This document shows, piece after piece, positions 62,430 through 64,000 of a DNA stretch of 64,000 bases; the first letter of the stretch is position 1, and every line of letters begins with the position of its first letter. The position numbers and the translations under genes were made by a program. Below the pieces are notes generated by a model that had not been told where the DNA came from, did not search any database, and saw nothing but the letters and a program-made list of their open reading frames with translations. The DNA comes from Pristiophorus japonicus (Eukaryota), in assembly GCF_044704955.1 (NCBI RefSeq), contig NW_027253150.1, positions 186,001 through 250,000 of the forward strand, in the 5' to 3' direction.

Positions 62430-64000
62430 CATTGCCTGACCAAGCACTCTCAGGTCAGATACAGCAGAGATATGAGAGCAAAGCTCCCGCTATGCTGTCG
62501 TGTGGGTCATGACAGGTATAGCAAGGGTTGCACACAGAGTAGTACGTTATCTGTACTATCCCGTCAAACATTCCCAGCTCAAGTACTGCAGAGATGTGCT
62601 ACGAAATGTCTCTCCATAAAATGCGTTATCAAATTGACCGATTAGATTCAGCACAATTATCACATGTACAAAGACAAGCTTACCATACACTGCCCCTGTA
62701 AAGCGCACCAGCTCACCTATAGCTCTGATTAAATAGAAGATCAATCTATATTGAAGGACCCAATTAAGCTCCACGTCTTTGTAAATAAAAGTTTAAATAC
62801 TGATTAAAGCAATCTCTGCAATGTCCCATCAAGCACTGCCAGATAAAGTAAAGTACGGGTTAGTTGCAGAGTAAAGCTCCTTCATCACTGTCATATCAAA
62901 CACTCCCAGGGTAGGTACGGCACGAGTTAGATAAAAAGTAGATTTCCCTCCACATTGCCAATTAAACACACTCAGGGCAGGTACAGTCAGGCTTGGATAA
63001 AGAATAAAGCTTCCTCTACACTGTCCCATCAAACACTCCCAATACAGGTACAGAGTAAAGCTCCCTCTACAGTGTCCCATTAAACATTCCCAGGGCAGGT
63101 ACAGCATGGGTTAGATACAGAATAAATCTCCCTCTACAATGTCCCATCAAACAGCCCCAGTGCAGGTCCAAAATTGCCAAAATAAATTGGAGCACCCATC
63201 AGATCAGACGAGGCGCTGTTTGTTCTGAAAGTGAGCTTCGGATCACACCAATCTCATTCAATAATTATCTGATGCTCAACTGTATAACCATTACTAATTC
63301 GATATCTTATTAGTTAGATGCAGATTGAAGTTTCTTCAATATTTTTAGAAAATCACTCAAATCAGATACAGGATAGATTCGATAGAGTAAATCTCTCTCT
63401 TCACTGATCTGTCTGGCGCTGTAAGGTCATGTAAAGCAAAGGATGAATGCATATTAAACTACACTACCCCGTAAGACGGGCCAAATATAGCAAGGTTTAG
63501 ATTCCGAGTAAAATTATTTCTGCACTGTGCCATCAATCCAAACAGGGCAGGTACAGCATGGGTCAAGATACAGCGTAAAGCTCCCTCTACATTGTCCCAT
63601 CAAACACCTCCAGAGCAGGTACAGCATGGGTCAGATACAGAGTAACACTCCCTCTACACTGTCCCATCAAACACTTCCAGAGCAGATACAGCATGGGTCA
63701 AGATACAGAGTAAAGCTCCCTCTACATTGTCCCATCAAACATGCCCAGAGCAGGTACAGAATAGGTCAGATACAGAGTAAAGCTCCCTCTACATTGTCCC
63801 ATCAAACACGCCCAGAGCACGTACAGCATGGGGTTAGATACAGAGTAAAGCGCCCTCTACACTGTCCATTCAAACACTCCCAGGGCACGTACAGCATGGG
63901 CTAGATACAGAGTACAGCTCCTTCTGCACTGTCCCATCAAACACTCCCAGGGCATGTACAACTGGGTTGGAAACTGATTAAAGCTCCTTCTACTGTCCCC
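62430..64000 (-). repeat. About 67-bp satellite arrays in the J-C intron (best at 62820-63170 and 63500-64000)
   Basis: gtaaagctccctctacactgtcccatcaaacactcccagggcaggtacagcatgggttagatacaga repeated. Confidence 0.93.

Noticed and set aside
60036-64000. JH, D or VH segments upstream of CH1 (including CACTGTG near 60645)
   Set aside because: No WGxG motif with a properly spaced nonamer was found; V-D-J presumably lie outside the window

Overview
Eukaryotic, repeat-dense DNA, almost certainly from a cartilaginous fish (shark/ray), judged from the IgM sequence and the repeat families. The only clearly intact protein-coding gene is an immunoglobulin mu heavy-chain constant region on the minus strand: CH1 60035-59736, CH2 58786-58469, CH3 56509-56201, CH4 plus secretory tailpiece 55281-54890, TM1 49009-48882 and TM2 48741-48733, all with GT-AG junctions in compatible phase. 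V, D and J must lie beyond position 64000. Downstream of IgM (lower coordinates) is a cluster of repeatedly duplicated C2H2 zinc-finger gene units, with three degraded ZNF exons and a recurring CCAAT/GC-box promoter module. The cluster also carries many minisatellites, CR1/L2/RTE LINEs, Deu-type SINEs, a 3'-truncated Ty3/Gypsy element, a class III (ERV-L/ERV-S-like) endogenous retrovirus with two LTRs and an internally deleted env, and an older decayed env-bearing element. Most long ORFs in the track are translations of minisatellites. I found no bacterial-type system or CRISPR array. Repeat boundaries were read by eye and are approximate.
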